From contig JAZUPT010000013.1 in assembly GCA_045605345.1 (NCBI GenBank), positions 802 to 64,801 of the forward strand: a stretch of 64,000 nucleotides of DNA, written 5' to 3'. This stretch comes from Candidatus Spyradenecus sp. Its GTDB lineage: Bacteria; Verrucomicrobiota; Kiritimatiellia; RFP12; DVOR01. The translations under genes were made by a program, and so were the position numbers. A model generated the notes under the pieces. It was not told the DNA's origin and searched no databases. It saw nothing but the letters and a program-made list of their open reading frames with translations. Shown piece after piece: positions 48,737-58,988 of the stretch (its first letter is position 1; each line of letters begins with the position of its first letter).

Positions 48737-51271
48737 ATGATGGAAGAAAAATATCCTTTTCATGCGATTGAGCCGAAGTGGCAGAAGTATTGGGATGAGA
48801 CCGGCACATTCCGTTGTGACACGAAAGATGAATCGCGTCCAAAGTTTTACTGTTTGACGATGTTCCCGTATCCCAGCGGCCACATGCATGTGGGGCACGG
48901 GCGTAACTACATCATGGGCGATGTGATTACGCGTTACAAGATGATGACGGGATACAATGTGCTTTCGCCGATGGGTTGGGACAGCTTCGGCTTGCCCGCA
49001 GAAAACGCGGCGAAGAAGTTCAATGTACATCCGCATAAATGGACGATTGAAAACATCGCTGAGATGAAGAAGCAGGTGCGCAGTTGGGGCGTTGGCTACG
49101 ACTGGGAACGCGAAATCGCCACCTGTCATCCCGACTATTACAAGTGGACGCAGTGGGTCTTCTTGCAGGCTTACAAGCTTGGCGTGGCTTACCAGAAGGA
49201 AGCCCCGGTGAACTGGTGCCCGCTCTGCACGAACCTCGCTAACGAAGAAGTGACGGCAGATGGCCACTGTGACCGGTGCGGTCGCCCGGTGGAGAAGAAG
49301 AATCTCAAGCAATGGTTCTTCCGCATTACGCAATATGCAGATCGCCTCTTGAAGGATTTGGACCTCTTAGACGGTTGGCCGGAAAAGGTTCGCCAGATGC
49401 AGGCGAACTGGATTGGCAAGTCTGAAGGCGCGAAGGTGAAGTTCACCGTGACGGAAACGGGCGATGAATGCCCCGTGTACACGACGCGCCCTGATACCAT
49501 TTTCGGCGTGACCTTCATGGCCATCGCTCCGGATAATCCGCTCTTGCAGAAGTTGCTCCCTGGCTCAAAGAATGAAGCCGAAGTGCGTGCGTTCATTGAA
49601 AAGTTGGCTAACATCCCCGCTTCTGAACGTTTCTCTGATGCTACCGCAAAGGAAGGCGTCTTCACTGGTTTCCATGTGACCAACCCCTACAATGGCGACT
49701 CAGATATTGAATTGTGGGTGACGAACTACGTGGTCTCCGACTCTGGTACGGGCATTGTGATGGCTGTGCCGACGCATGACCAGCGCGACTGGGACTTCGC
49801 CACGAAGTATAACATCGCCAAGAAGGTGGTCATCCAGAACGCTGAAGGTTCCTTGGATGCCGCAACGATGACCTGCGCTTACGTGGATGACGGCGTTTTG
49901 GTGAACTCGGGTGCTTTTGATGGCATGGCAAACCGTGAGGCAATCAAGGCGATTATCGCTGATGGCACCGAAAAGGGTTATGCAGAAGCCACCACGAACT
50001 TCCGTATTCGTGACTGGAACGTGGCCCGTCAGCGTTATTGGGGCGCCCCGATTCCAATCGTTCACTGTCCGCATTGCGGTGCGGTGCCCGTGCCGGAAGA
50101 TCAGTTGCCAGTGCGTCTCCCGGACGACGTGGACTACAGTGGCGAACAGGGCAATCCCTTGGCACGTCATGAAGGTTTCGTGAATACGACCTGTCCGAAG
50201 TGCGGTGCACCTGCAAAGCGTGAAACCGATACCCTCGCTCAGTGGCTCTGCTCGTGCTGGTACTTCTTGCGTTACATCGATGCACGCAATGAAAATGCGC
50301 CCTTTGACAAGGCCCTCGCCGATAAGTGGATGCCGGTGGATCAGTACATCGGTGGCGTGGAACACGCAGTGTTGCACTTGCTCTACTCTCGCTTTGTGGT
50401 CAAAATCCTCAATGATGCGGGCGCATTGGACTGCGTTGAACCTTTCAAGGCGCTTTTCACGCAGGGTATGATTTGTAAGCGTTGCGAAAAGGATGACGGC
50501 AAGTATGTGAAGGGTAAGCTTTACAAGATGTCGAAGTCGGTTGGCAACGTCGTTTCGCCGGACGAACTCATTGAGGCGTATGGCGCTGATACGGTGCGTT
50601 TGTACACGCTCTTCATTGGTCCGCCTGAACTCGATGCAGAGTGGCAGGATGCCGCCGTGCAGGGCCCGTATCGCTTCCTTTGCCGCCTTTGGAAGAAGGC
50701 TTATGATGCGAAGGCGATTGTGCCGGAGACGGATACTGCTGTGGCAATCGATGCTTTGACGCCTGCTGAACGTGACCTTTATCGCAAGCTGCACCAGACG
50801 CTTGCTGGCGTGACCGATTCGATTGAACATGGCTTCCGTTTCAATACGGCCATTGCGCAGTTGATGGAGCTCATGAATACGCTCGACAAGGCGAAGATTG
50901 ACGCAAATTCTTCTGACGCCGCGAAGGCGCTCTTGCGTGAAACGATCGTGACCATCGCACGTATGATGGCGCCCATTACGCCGCACGTCGCCGAAGAACT
51001 CTGGGAAGCTTATGGTTGTTCGCCCGCAGGTGTGATGAACTCCGGTTGGCCGAAGGTCAACGAAGCCGCCTTGAAGGAAGATGCTTTGCAGATTATCCTT
51101 CAGGTGAATGGCAAGATGCGTGGCAAGATTACCGTGCCCGCAGGCATTAGCAAGGAAGAACTTGAAAAGCTCGCTCAGGAATCTCCCGACGTGACCCGCT
51201 TCACCGATGGTCAGACCATTGTGAAGGTCATCGTGGTGCCTGGCAAGTTGGTCAACATCGTTGCGAAGTAA
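48737..51271 (+). CDS. leuS: leucine--tRNA ligase
   Basis: [31 protein letters not shown] (HIGH), the CP1 editing domain and KMSKSVGN. The track start at 48536 adds a non-homologous 67 aa. Confidence 0.95.
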   Translation: MMEEKYPFHAIEPKWQKYWDETGTFRCDTKDESRPKFYCLTMFPYPSGHMHVGHGRNYIMGDVITRYKMMTGYNVLSPMGWDSFGLPAENAAKKFNVHPHKWTIENIAEMKKQVRSWGVGYDWEREIATCHPDYYKWTQWVFLQAYKLGVAYQKEAPVNWCPLCTNLANEEVTADGHCDRCGRPVEKKNLKQWFFRITQYADRLLKDLDLLDGWPEKVRQMQANWIGKSEGAKVKFTVTETGDECPVYTTRPDTIFGVTFMAIAPDNPLLQKLLPGSKNEAEVRAFIEKLANIPASERFSDATAKEGVFTGFHVTNPYNGDSDIELWVTNYVVSDSGTGIVMAVPTHDQRDWDFATKYNIAKKVVIQNAEGSLDAATMTCAYVDDGVLVNSGAFDGMANREAIKAIIADGTEKGYAEATTNFRIRDWNVARQRYWGAPIPIVHCPHCGAVPVPEDQLPVRLPDDVDYSGEQGNPLARHEGFVNTTCPKCGAPAKRETDTLAQWLCSCWYFLRYIDARNENAPFDKALADKWMPVDQYIGGVEHAVLHLLYSRFVVKILNDAGALDCVEPFKALFTQGMICKRCEKDDGKYVKGKLYKMSKSVGNVVSPDELIEAYGADTVRLYTLFIGPPELDAEWQDAAVQGPYRFLCRLWKKAYDAKAIVPETDTAVAIDALTPAERDLYRKLHQTLAGVTDSIEHGFRFNTAIAQLMELMNTLDKAKIDANSSDAAKALLRETIVTIARMMAPITPHVAEELWEAYGCSPAGVMNSGWPKVNEAALKEDALQIILQVNGKMRGKITVPAGISKEELEKLAQESPDVTRFTDGQTIVKVIVVPGKLVNIVAK

Positions 51272-51284
51272 GCCAAGCAGGTTA

Positions 51285-51328
51285 CTCAAACAAAAAGACG
51301 CGGTTTCGGCCGCGTCTTTTTGTTTGAG
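51285..51328. terminator. bidirectional intrinsic terminator, 19-bp perfect arms
   Basis: CTCAAACAAAAAGACGCGG-tttcgg-CCGCGTCTTTTTGTTTGAG, between convergent leuS and the PRTase gene. Confidence 0.8.
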
Positions 51329-51439
51329 TAAAATCATTAATCGGGTTGAATGCAATCGCCGTTTGATGTGGAATAGGTGTGTGTGCCGAGTCATAATCGG
51401 GTGGTTAATTCACCCTTTTAGCACATGCCGTGTGGATGC

Positions 51440-51970
51440 TTAACCGAGGAGGATGTCTGCGAGTTCGGGGTCTTTGTGGCGGAGTTCCTCGGGGGTGAGG
51501 CCGTCAAGTTCGTGTGGGAAGACAATCCACTCATCGAGTTCACGAACGCAGTAGTCTGGTGAAAAGCCCACGAGGTTAGCCTTCGGCTTCCAGTAGACCG
51601 TTGCTATGCGCAAATCTGCATGGGCGAGGCGTTGCTTAACCGCTTCAGCGGTCTTGCCCGTGTCAAAGACATCATCAATGACCAGCACCTTTTGGCCGGG
51701 CTTAATTGCATTTAAAAGATCTTCTGCATGCTGAAACACCACGCAGTCCGTGCGTTCGCCAATGCCTGCATAAGAGGCGCATTTGACAACAGTATGCGCG
51801 GTTGGGCGACCGAGAAAGGCGAAGACTTCACTCATAATCACGCCGGGTTGTGCTCCCCCACGCCAAAGGGCTAAGAGCAATTCGGGTTGCCACGCGCAAT
51901 CATCAAAGACCTTTTTGGCCAAGCGCACACAGTCCCTTTGGAAGGCATCAGCAGTCAAGTAATATTTCAT
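51440..51970 (-). CDS. purine phosphoribosyltransferase (HGPRT/XGPRT-like)
   Basis: PRPP-binding motif KVLVIDDVFDTGKTAEAV; 176 aa. Confidence 0.65.
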   Translation of the reverse strand: MKYYLTADAFQRDCVRLAKKVFDDCAWQPELLLALWRGGAQPGVIMSEVFAFLGRPTAHTVVKCASYAGIGERTDCVVFQHAEDLLNAIKPGQKVLVIDDVFDTGKTAEAVKQRLAHADLRIATVYWKPKANLVGFSPDYCVRELDEWIVFPHELDGLTPEELRHKDPELADILLG

Positions 51971-51988
51971 AAAGCCTCTTTTGGGCGC

Positions 51989-52615
51989 TTAGTAGGCGCG
52001 TTGAATGGCGGACGTCAATTCTGGATGGGCGGTGTCCAATACGCGCAATGTCGCATAGAGGGCAATGGGTAACGTCAAAAAGATGCCGAAGCCAAAGCAG
52101 ATGAATCCAGAAAAGGCGAGCAACCCCAACGCATAAAGACGAAGCGCCACCGCAGGTGTTTGCGTGGTTAGATAAAAGACACTCTTCAAGGCGATGGGAA
52201 GGGCGAGGTCATAACGATAGGTCATGAGCAGGGCGCACCAGAGGGGTTGCATCAAAAACCATGCAAGTGGGATGCCCAGTACGAGGCTCTGCAAGTTGGG
52301 AAGAATTGCAATCCCCCAGATGAAGAGGCCTAACCAAAAGGCTGTGGCGGTGCGACGGGTGCCTTGGAGTTGTTGTAAAAACTGCATACGCGCCTGCATC
52401 GGGTCATCGGTCTGCTTGGGTGTCAGATGGCTAAGGTAGAGGAGCGAAGCGACACCTAATAAGAATCCCGTGAGAGCGGCTAAAAGAAAGAGTGCAGCGG
52501 CGACAATTTCGCCAAGCGGATTACGCAGAAAGCGCGTGAGGCCTTCATGGAGAAAGGTAAGCATGGTGAAGTGTTCCAAGGGGTGGGGACGAACAATTTG
52601 AATTAGAGTTGCCAA
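51989..52615 (-). CDS. hypothetical membrane protein (5-6 TM)
   Basis: Hydrophobic segments throughout. No motif recognised. Confidence 0.4.
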   Translation of the reverse strand: MATLIQIVRPHPLEHFTMLTFLHEGLTRFLRNPLGEIVAAALFLLAALTGFLLGVASLLYLSHLTPKQTDDPMQARMQFLQQLQGTRRTATAFWLGLFIWGIAILPNLQSLVLGIPLAWFLMQPLWCALLMTYRYDLALPIALKSVFYLTTQTPAVALRLYALGLLAFSGFICFGFGIFLTLPIALYATLRVLDTAHPELTSAIQRAY

Positions 52616-53214
52616 TCAAGCTCGTCGTTACCAATTGGCAAGGTGATGCGATTAATCGGATACCCATCGCTACCAATTCGCTTAGCGGCGTCTTTGGTCT
52701 CGGTTGGTGCGGCACGTTTGGGTTGGGTCTTCACCGTGATGCCAGAAGCAGTGTTGGGTTTGTTCGTAGTCGGAGCCGCTGCCGCAGGAGGCGGTGTCGT
52801 CGGCTGAGGCGTTACAGCAGGTTGGGCCACTTGCGTCGGTGCGGGTTGTGGTTCTGGCGTGGGTTCGGGCTTGCTTTGACGCAAGGTCGCGATTTCGCTT
52901 TCTGCCTTTTTACGCGCTTCCGCTTCACGCTTGATGGCATCTTCTGCGGCTTGCAACTTCTGACGCATTTCTGCAAGTTCAGCAGTTTCAACGGGGTCGG
53001 CCTTGGGCTCAATAGCGGGTGTGGCGGCCTGTGCGGAGAGTGCCTTTGCTTCCTGCAGGCGCACGTCCAACAGACGATCATTCAGACGTTCATTCATCGC
53101 CATAGACCGTTGCATCAACCAAACAATCATACCGCAAATCATTGCAACAATAATGATGACGGAAAAGGCAATGACAATGACTGCTGTATTGTTATTTTTC
53201 GATTCCATTTTCAC
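52603..53214 (-). CDS. membrane-anchored coiled-coil / Pro-rich protein
   Basis: N-terminal TM (AVIVIAFSVIIIVAMICGMIVWLM), a coiled-coil region, then a PEPTPEPQPAPTQ tract. Confidence 0.4.
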   Translation of the reverse strand: MKMESKNNNTAVIVIAFSVIIIVAMICGMIVWLMQRSMAMNERLNDRLLDVRLQEAKALSAQAATPAIEPKADPVETAELAEMRQKLQAAEDAIKREAEARKKAESEIATLRQSKPEPTPEPQPAPTQVAQPAVTPQPTTPPPAAAAPTTNKPNTASGITVKTQPKRAAPTETKDAAKRIGSDGYPINRITLPIGNDELDWQL

Positions 53215-54247
53215 GTTCCTTCTGTTTACGCAATCTCAATTGTCCACAGGCGGCATCTGCTTGCTTACCACGACTTCTGCGCATGGTTGTATGAATTCCC
53301 GCTTTCAACAATGCATCTAAAAAGGCGAGGCAGTCGGCATGCGGGGGTGTCTGACCGTCAAACTCTTCCACGGGGCTGAGCGGGATTAGATTCACGCGTG
53401 CCTTTCTGCCACGGAGGAGACGGATGAGTTCGGCGGCATGCGAGAGGCGGTCGTTAAAATTGTACACCAAAGTGTATTCGTAGGTGATGATACGTCCCGT
53501 CGCGGCGGTGTAGGCATCACAAGCGGTGAGCAGTTCGTTAATCTTCCATCTGCGGTTGACGGGCATCAGCTGCGAACGCAGGGTGTCATTGGGCGCGTGC
53601 AACGAAACGGAGAGTTCAAACTGCACCCCTTCTTGGGCGAGCCGTTCAATCCCTGGGACAATGCCACAGGTAGAAAGGGTAATATGACGTGCACCGATGT
53701 TGATGCCTTGCTGACAGTTGAGAATGCGCAAGGCGCGAATGACCTCATCATAGTTCACGAAGGGTTCGCCCATGCCCATCACAACGACATTGTTCGGGTA
53801 TTGTCCCATCGTCCGTGCCAACACCATGACTTCGGCTACAATCTCTGCCGCGGTGAGGGAGCGCACGCATCCCAATTGACCACTCGCGCAGAAGGCGCAG
53901 TGCATGTCGCATCCCACCTGAGAGGAGATACACTGGGTCACGCGTCCATCGGCAGGAATCCACACCGTTTCAATGCGTTCTCCATCGGTTGCTTCAAGGA
54001 GAAACTTTGTGACGCCGTCAGCGCCGGAAGGGGTGCGAGCCACCTCTTTGAGTGCCGTGAGCGGCACTTCTTCGGCGAGTTTCTCGCGCATCGCACCAGG
54101 GAGCGTGGTCAGTTCGGACCAATCGCTGATGCGATCCTTGTAGAGTCCTTGCAGAATCTGCTTGGCGCGAAAGGCGGGGAAGCCTGCAGTTTTGCAGAAT
54201 TGGGTCCAATCCTCTGGCAGTAAGCTATAGGCTCCGGACAAAATCAT
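53192..54247 (-). CDS. rlmN: 23S rRNA/tRNA (adenine-C2)-methyltransferase RlmN
   Basis: CISSQVGCDMHCAFCASG radical SAM motif, and MGMGEP. Confidence 0.9.
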   Translation of the reverse strand: MILSGAYSLLPEDWTQFCKTAGFPAFRAKQILQGLYKDRISDWSELTTLPGAMREKLAEEVPLTALKEVARTPSGADGVTKFLLEATDGERIETVWIPADGRVTQCISSQVGCDMHCAFCASGQLGCVRSLTAAEIVAEVMVLARTMGQYPNNVVVMGMGEPFVNYDEVIRALRILNCQQGINIGARHITLSTCGIVPGIERLAQEGVQFELSVSLHAPNDTLRSQLMPVNRRWKINELLTACDAYTAATGRIITYEYTLVYNFNDRLSHAAELIRLLRGRKARVNLIPLSPVEEFDGQTPPHADCLAFLDALLKAGIHTTMRRSRGKQADAACGQLRLRKQKERENGIEK

Positions 54248-54861
54248 AATTCATCCTCTGAGTCAGTGACGCGTTGGCGTCCATTGATGGCGCGGCGTAA
54301 GGTGAGCGCATCGGCATAGGCGAGACCTGATCCACACGGCAGGCCGAAGGCAAGACGTGTGATACAGACCTTGTCCTCGCGCAATTTTTCTGCGATGTAG
54401 GCGGCCGTGGCGTCGCCTTCTAAGTCGGTGGAAAGGGCTAAAAGCACCTCCGTGATGCCGTCACGTCGCACACGATGCAAGAGGGCCGCGATGCGGAGTT
54501 CGCCTGTGCCTGTCTGTTTGCCGGGGGAGAGCTTGCCTGCTAAGACGTGATAACGTCCCTTAAAGGCACCCGAGGCCTCCATGGTATAGATGTCGGCAGG
54601 GTCTTCCACCACGCAGAGTTGGCGGTCATCTCGGTCGGTACGCGTACACAAAGGGCAGGGATCGGCATCATGTTCCGTAAAGGCGCCACACTGTGTGCAG
54701 ATGCAAATCTGCTCACGTGCTTCCTGTAAGGCTTGGGCCAACGTATCTAACAAAGTCTCTGGGCGTCGCACTAAGGCAAGTGCGGCGCGTTCAGAACTGC
54801 GTCTGCCGAAGCCAGGGAGCTTGGCAAGCGCATGGATAAGGTTATCAAGCGCAGGAAGCAT
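54244..54861 (-). CDS. recR: recombination protein RecR
   Basis: LPGFGRRSSERAALAL HhH motif, a C4 zinc finger (CTQCG...CPLC) and a Toprim domain. Confidence 0.9.
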   Translation of the reverse strand: MLPALDNLIHALAKLPGFGRRSSERAALALVRRPETLLDTLAQALQEAREQICICTQCGAFTEHDADPCPLCTRTDRDDRQLCVVEDPADIYTMEASGAFKGRYHVLAGKLSPGKQTGTGELRIAALLHRVRRDGITEVLLALSTDLEGDATAAYIAEKLREDKVCITRLAFGLPCGSGLAYADALTLRRAINGRQRVTDSEDEL

Positions 54862-54879
54862 AGGGTGAAGATGGAGAAA

Positions 54880-55209
54880 TTAACGACCGAAGGGCAGGTT
54901 ACCATCCTTCATCATCTGCTGCATGGCCTGCTGGGTCTGCTGCTTGACGTTGCTGATGGCGGCGTTGAAGACGGTCTTCAACATGGTTTCAAAGCGGTCG
55001 GTCTTCCCAGCCTTCACTTCGGCGAGCGCATCTTCGGTCAACTTAAATTGTGTGACGGTAAAGTCGCCCTTCACCGTGACAGAGATGCCACCATTGGCGT
55101 GGGTGTAGGAGATTTTGTCGATTTCGGCCTGCACTTTTTTAGCTTCTTTGCGCATCTGCATGGCCTGCTTTACTTGATCAATCATACTCATTGCGAGTGT
55201 TCCTTTCAA
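54880..55209 (-). CDS. ybaB: YbaB/EbfC nucleoid-associated protein
   Basis: 109 aa in the classic dnaX-ybaB-recR context. MQMRKEAKKVQAEIDK... pattern. Confidence 0.8.
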   Translation of the reverse strand: MKGTLAMSMIDQVKQAMQMRKEAKKVQAEIDKISYTHANGGISVTVKGDFTVTQFKLTEDALAEVKAGKTDRFETMLKTVFNAAISNVKQQTQQAMQQMMKDGNLPFGR

Positions 55210-55224
55210 AGAGGTGTTTTTGGG

Positions 55225-56712
55225 TTAAACGATAATCCTGCCGCCGAAGAGTTGTAAGGCGTGATTCACGATTTCGTCAATGTACTGCCCATCGGAGTTG
55301 GTCAACTGTTCAATGCTGGTGGGCGGGGGCACTGAGAGAGTCTCTACCGTTTTGATTGAAGTGTCTTCGCAGGGTGCGTAACCTTCGTCATCATCGACCG
55401 GTTCCAAGTCGTCATCTTCAATGATTCTGGGTGCCGGCACGGCAGGAGAAGCGGGAGGGGGCGGCACGGTCGCGGACGGTTTGACCGCGGGTGTCGGGGA
55501 TGCGGCGCTCGTTTGCGCCGCGGGGGCGGCTGCCGTTCCTTGCGGATTAGCAGCCGCCAAGCGTCGGATGACGGAGTCTTTCAGGGCTGTCAAACGTTTC
55601 AAAACTTCGTCCAAAGAGACGGTTTTCGCCGCACGCGCGCATCGAATGAGGGTCATTTCCACTAATGTTCTCACGGAGAGCGCCGAGCGTAAGCGTGCTT
55701 CCATTTCGGAGAGCATACCCGTGATTTCCACAATGCGCTGCGGTGTTACGATGCGTGCTTGCGTTTCCAAAACGGCGAGTTGCTCTGCCGTGACATCCTG
55801 TTTGGCGAGTTCTACGCCTGCTTGTTGGAAGACGAGCAGATTGCGGAAGTGCCAGAGGAGTTCGGCCGTGAAGCGACGCATGTCTTTACCTGAGGATTCA
55901 AAGGTGTCCACAGCCTTCAGGATGGCAGGGATGTCACCATTGAGAATGCTTCCAGCGAGGTCCTCAAGGGCGCTTCGAGAGATTAATCCAAAGACTGCGA
56001 GCACGTCTTCTTCCGTGAGGTCATTGCCCTTAAATGCAATCAATTGGTCCAGGGCCGAGAGTGCATCGCGCAGACCGCCATTCGAGCCTCGTGCAATGGC
56101 CAACAGCGCATCGTCGGTGACGTTGATCTGTTCGGCATTGCAGATGAAGCGCAGACGGCGAACGATATCGCCAGTGGAGATGCGCCGCAAGTCAAAGCGT
56201 TGGCATCGGCTAATGATGGTGGGCAGCACCTTGTCGCCTTCGGTCGTCGCAAAGATGAACTTTACATAGGGCGGCGGCTCTTCTAAGGTCTTCAATAAGG
56301 CGTTGAAGGCCGCAGAGGAGAGCATGTGCACTTCGTCGAGGATAAAGATTTTGAAGCGACTATGCGTGGGGGCGAACTGAACCTGGTCCAATACGCCGTG
56401 GATATCTGCCACTTTGTTATTGGAGGCGGCGTCCAGCTCCACCACGTCCATATCCATGCCAGTGGCGATGCCTTTGCAGTTCGCACATTCGCCGCAGGGT
56501 TGCATTGTGGGCCCCTTTTCACAGTTCAATGCCATCGCAAAGATACGTGAAAGGGTGGTTTTACCAATGCCACGCGGACCGATAAAGAGGTAGGCGTGGG
56601 CGATGCGATCCTGTTGAATGGCATGTGCGAGGGTGCGAGTCACGTGGTCTTGACCGACGACATCATCAAATGTCTTCGGTCGCCACTTGCGCGCGAGAAC
56701 TTCGTAAGCCAT
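55225..56712 (-). CDS. dnaX: DNA polymerase III subunit gamma/tau
   Basis: YEVLARKWRPKTFDDVVGQDHV, GPRGIGKTT, a zinc module CGECANC, and ILDEVHML. Confidence 0.9.
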   Translation of the reverse strand: MAYEVLARKWRPKTFDDVVGQDHVTRTLAHAIQQDRIAHAYLFIGPRGIGKTTLSRIFAMALNCEKGPTMQPCGECANCKGIATGMDMDVVELDAASNNKVADIHGVLDQVQFAPTHSRFKIFILDEVHMLSSAAFNALLKTLEEPPPYVKFIFATTEGDKVLPTIISRCQRFDLRRISTGDIVRRLRFICNAEQINVTDDALLAIARGSNGGLRDALSALDQLIAFKGNDLTEEDVLAVFGLISRSALEDLAGSILNGDIPAILKAVDTFESSGKDMRRFTAELLWHFRNLLVFQQAGVELAKQDVTAEQLAVLETQARIVTPQRIVEITGMLSEMEARLRSALSVRTLVEMTLIRCARAAKTVSLDEVLKRLTALKDSVIRRLAAANPQGTAAAPAAQTSAASPTPAVKPSATVPPPPASPAVPAPRIIEDDDLEPVDDDEGYAPCEDTSIKTVETLSVPPPTSIEQLTNSDGQYIDEIVNHALQLFGGRIIV

Positions 56713-56737
56713 AGGGATTTTTAAGTGAGTTAAAGGA

Positions 56738-58615
56738 TTAGTTACGCGTCATCAAGGCCGCCACAAGACGGTTGAAGCGCGCGGGGTCAGGCGGCAACGT
56801 TCCTTCGGCGAGGCAGGCTTGACCATAGAGGAGCTCCACGGTGTCGGCGCGCTTGGCGTCATCGGTTTCAGTGGCGAGCGCCTTAATCAGGTCGTGGCCA
56901 GGGTTGAGTTCGAGAATGTGCTTGTCTTCAGGAATTGTCTGCCCCATGGCTTCCATCATACGTCGCATAGTGGGATTCAATGCCGCAGGGTCTTGCACTA
57001 AGCAACACGGAGAGTCCGTGAGGCGAGCGGTTAGGCGCACTTCCTTCACGGTGGCTTCGAGTTGCTTGCCGATGGCATCCAAGAGCGGCTTCATTTCCTT
57101 GCCCGCATCGTCCAAGGACTTCTTCGCTTCTTCATCGGTCAAATCCAAGTCTCCCTTGTCCGCGAAGACAATCGGGGTCTTGTCATATTCGTACATCTCA
57201 GAAGCAATGAATTGATCCACAGGCGTGGTCAGGAAGAGCACGTCATAACCCTTTGCCTTCAGCTGTTCCAAGCAGGGGCTCTGTTGGGCCGCCTGCAGGG
57301 TGTCAGCCGTGAGCATGTAGATGGACTTCTGACCTTCGGGCATCGCTTCCTTGTACGCCTTCAACGAGGTGTACTTGCCATCCTTGAGGTTGCGGAAACG
57401 AATGAGTTCGGTAATCTTTTCGCGGTGTTTCCAGTCGGAGTGATAACCCTCCTTGAGGAAGTCACCGAGGGCAACCGTAAAGGTCTCAAACTGTTCAGCC
57501 TTGTCCTTTGCCATTTCGGCGAGTGCCTTCAGGACGCGGTTGGTCAAGTCCGAGCGAATCTTGCGGATGATGGCATCATCTTGGAGCATTTCGCGCGACA
57601 CATTGAGCGGCAAGTCGCTGCTGTCTACGACACCCTTGATAAAGCGTAACCACGAGGGCATGAGCGCTTCAATCTCATCGCCGATAAAGACATTGCGCAC
57701 GTAGAGCGAGAGGCCATGCTTGTTGCCCGGCATCATCATTTCCATGCCAGCCGCCTTCGGAATGAAGAGCAGTGCGCGATATTCGAGCGTACCTTCTGCT
57801 GCGACGTGCATCACCTTCAAAGGTTCGCCTGTGCCATGCAGGGTCTGACGATAAAAAGCTTCGTATTCTTCGGGCTTAACGTCGCTCTTGGCGCGCTTCC
57901 AGAGTGCCACCATCGTATTGAGCGGCTTGGCTTCATCTTCCGCCTTCTGTGCGGCGGCCTTTTCATCCTCAGGGGCATCGCCTTCTTCGTGCAAGTAGAT
58001 GGGGTAGGCGATGAAGTCGGAGTAACGGCGCACCAAGTCTTTCAGTGCCCACCCCGTCGTGAAGTGTTCCTGATCCGGACGCAAATGGAGCGTAATCGAG
58101 GTGCCAGGCGTCGTGCGAGAGCCTTCATCCATGGTGTACTCACCATCGCCCGCGCTCATCCACTTCACCGCCGTGTGACCTTCGCCGCGGCGAAGCGTTT
58201 CCACGGTGACACCATCTGCCACCATGAATGCAGCATAGAAGCCCACGCCGAACTTACCAATCAATTCAGGGATATTGGCTTCCTTGTCTTGCTTCAATGC
58301 CTCCGCAAAGGCCTTCGAACCACTCTTTGCAATCGTACCGAGTGCATCTTCGGTCTCTTGAGCGGTCATACCAATGCCGTTGTCTTCAATCGTTAGCGTA
58401 TGCGCCGTGGCATCTGCCGTGAGGCGAATGGACCATTCAGGGGCTTCCGGTGCGATGGTCTTGTCGGTCAAAGCAAGGTATTTCGCACGGTCAATTGCGT
58501 CACTTGCATTGGAAATTAATTCGCGTAAGAAAATTTCTTTTTTGGAATAGAGAGAATGAATGACTAAATCCAACATTTGACGGATTTCAGCCTTAAACGC
58601 ACATGTTTTTGCCAT
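56738..58615 (-). CDS. htpG: molecular chaperone HtpG (Hsp90)
   Basis: FKAEIRQMLDLVIHSLYSKKEIFLRELISNASDA, and GKFGVGFYAAFMVA. Confidence 0.95.
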   Translation of the reverse strand: MAKTCAFKAEIRQMLDLVIHSLYSKKEIFLRELISNASDAIDRAKYLALTDKTIAPEAPEWSIRLTADATAHTLTIEDNGIGMTAQETEDALGTIAKSGSKAFAEALKQDKEANIPELIGKFGVGFYAAFMVADGVTVETLRRGEGHTAVKWMSAGDGEYTMDEGSRTTPGTSITLHLRPDQEHFTTGWALKDLVRRYSDFIAYPIYLHEEGDAPEDEKAAAQKAEDEAKPLNTMVALWKRAKSDVKPEEYEAFYRQTLHGTGEPLKVMHVAAEGTLEYRALLFIPKAAGMEMMMPGNKHGLSLYVRNVFIGDEIEALMPSWLRFIKGVVDSSDLPLNVSREMLQDDAIIRKIRSDLTNRVLKALAEMAKDKAEQFETFTVALGDFLKEGYHSDWKHREKITELIRFRNLKDGKYTSLKAYKEAMPEGQKSIYMLTADTLQAAQQSPCLEQLKAKGYDVLFLTTPVDQFIASEMYEYDKTPIVFADKGDLDLTDEEAKKSLDDAGKEMKPLLDAIGKQLEATVKEVRLTARLTDSPCCLVQDPAALNPTMRRMMEAMGQTIPEDKHILELNPGHDLIKALATETDDAKRADTVELLYGQACLAEGTLPPDPARFNRLVAALMTRN

Positions 58616-58728
58616 AGTCTTTGTCTTTCCTTAATAATTAAAGGAATAGTGTACCATAAAGACCGCTTTTTAGCAACGGCGCTTAAGCGGCTGCGCCGCT
58701 GGTTGGCTCGGTCGCTCCGCTCCCGAGC

Positions 58729-58829
58729 GGTGGATTAGTGGATTCGCGGCTTCGCCGCTGTGGATTACGCACCGATGGCACTGTGGATTACGGTGCTTCG
58801 CACCTGTAGATTACGCTCGTGGTGCTCGC
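58729..58829 (+). repeat. 23-bp periodic array of TGTGGATTACG-type boxes (5 boxes) interleaved with short GC hairpins
   Basis: GGTGGATTA 58729, AGTGGATTC 58737, TGTGGATTACG 58759, TGTGGATTACG 58782 and TGTAGATTACG 58805. Hairpins GCGGC-ttc-GCCGC (58746-58758) and GGTGC-ttc-GCACC (58792-58804). Confidence 0.7.
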
Positions 58830-58896
58830 TTTGGCACATTTCAAAGCAGGTTTGCCGCTGTATTTGTTCTGTGTCGGTCCATTGTTGGATCGATAT

Positions 58897-58967
58897 CTTT
58901 CCTTTTGACAAACCTTCCTCTGAGCGGACACTTCTTACCCCCGCGGTTAGATTGTGTAATATTCGGG
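58897..58967 (+). promoter_or_regulatory. conserved ~70-nt intergenic motif, copy B (copy A at 4189-4262)
   Basis: CTTTCCTTTTGACAaaCCTTCCTCTGAGCGG-N14-CCCGCGGTTAgATTGTGtAATATTCGGG. Confidence 0.5.
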
Positions 58968-58988
58968 TGCACATATTTTGCTCTGTTG

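Noticed and set aside
49700-51394. 564-codon minus-strand ORF (and 48716-49333, 49189-49683)
   Set aside because: It is antisense to leuS. The translations are His/Arg/Leu-rich with no motif.
58729-58829. Possible CRISPR array (also considered for the 22-bp iterons at 21099-21160 and 37602-37662)
   Set aside because: The periods of 22-23 bp are far too short for repeat plus spacer, the repeats are degenerate, and no cas genes or leader are present.
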